Part shown: positions 63,224 to 64,000 of the stretch, one piece after another
How positions within the stretch are numbered: position 1 is the first letter of the stretch
Layout: the number at the start of each line of letters is the position of its first letter
From: Lophium mytilinum
Taxonomy: Eukaryota
DNA: 64,000 nt
Reading direction: 5' to 3'
Assembly: GCA_010093605.1 (NCBI GenBank)
Contig: MU004181.1
Location: 2,418,001-2,482,000 of the forward strand
Notes under the pieces: model-generated
What the model was told of the DNA's origin: nothing
The model's database searches: none
What the model saw: the letters and a program-made list of their open reading frames with translations, nothing else
Made by a program: the position numbers and the translations under genes

Positions 63224-64000
63224 TCATGCGAAAAAGCGAATCGCGAGCTTCTTCCCCTTTGGTAATACCAACAACCCACTGACGCTCTCTAGCGCTGTCA
63301 TTTTGTCACCAAATCCCATGCTGTCACTGAAATCTCCAGCCATTGTATTTGCGGCTGGGGTCAGGATCGACGCGACTGTGCTCGCTGTTTCCGGTAGTAT
63401 GGCAGCGGTTTTTGCAAGGAGGCTGGCGAGAACAGCCTTGAAGCTCTGCTGATCCAGGTCGCAGTTGTTGCCTTTTTCGCAGAACGGCTCGTAGAGGTTT
63501 CCGTTGAGAGTAAAGGTGTCTTTGATGTGCCCCAGGAAGCCATTGACGCGATCGATCCACTTGTGGTCGCCGGTCTGTGTTGCCATGACTGCGGAGCCGT
63601 ACAGGACTGTTGCGATATTGTAGCTCCATTCATTGTGGTTGACATCAATGCAGCCTGATCCCTTCGCGTCGTCCGTCCCATCAAAAACCGCGAATGTTTT
63701 CACGTCGATTAGACCAACACTGACGAGCCAGTCATACGCCGCGTCGGCAACTCCGGAAGCAGCTTCGTCCTTATTGTAAAGGGCGAGGCGGGCAGCTAAC
63801 TCGAAGTAGCCAGCCGTCGCAATGGTAGATTTGTAGTCGTAGCCGTCTTCTCCAGGGTTTATTTTCCACTTCATGCCACCCTTGCACCGAGTTGTGTCCC
63901 ATCTGCCTTTCTGCTCGTTGTAGACGTTTGTTGCAAAATCGACCCACTTCGGTTGTCCAGCAGGCGGGTCGGAAATCTTATATTCAGCAGCCGACATGGC
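63224..64000 (-). CDS. Glycoside hydrolase family 76 (DFG5/DCW1-like), N-terminus outside the window
   Basis: AMSAAE, RWDTTRCKGGMKW, GYDYKSTIA, LAARLALY, VFDG, WSYN, LYEPFCE and DQQSFKA motifs. Confidence 0.88.
   Translation of the reverse strand, partial: AMSAAEYKISDPPAGQPKWVDFATNVYNEQKGRWDTTRCKGGMKWKINPGEDGYDYKSTIATAGYFELAARLALYNKDEAASGVADAAYDWLVSVGLIDVKTFAVFDGTDDAKGSGCIDVNHNEWSYNIATVLYGSAVMATQTGDHKWIDRVNGFLGHIKDTFTLNGNLYEPFCEKGNNCDLDQQSFKAVLASLLAKTAAILPETASTVASILTPAANTMAGDFSDSMGFGDKMTALESVSGLLVLPKGKKLAIRFFA

Overview
Gene-dense eukaryotic DNA from a filamentous ascomycete, probably a Dothideomycete (inferred from short GT-AG introns with CTAAC/CTGAC branch points, the gene families present and a nuclear atp8). 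About 31 protein-coding genes can be supported. They include housekeeping genes (ARP1, MKK1-type MAPKK, DBP8, RPS7, SEN15, HET-C2/GLTP), metabolic and transport genes (ferric reductase, MFS, thioesterase, two SDRs, Zn-ADH, GST, XIP-type aquaporin, GH76) and several orphans. Three things stand out. (1) A compact dikaritin-type fungal RiPP locus: a secreted, Kex2-processed repeat precursor whose cores carry Tyr/Phe at every third residue (56015-56962, minus), divergently paired with a spliced DUF3328/UstYa oxidase with two HxxHC motifs (58740-59813, plus). (2) A spliced nuclear gene for mitochondrial ATP synthase subunit 8 with an acquired presequence (13959-14322). (3) A 107-bp-period non-coding tandem array (about 61316-61725) and recurring C/A-rich to G/T-rich skew switches that do not depend on gene orientation. 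All family calls are from motif recognition by eye; no database searches were run, and exon boundaries are manual.
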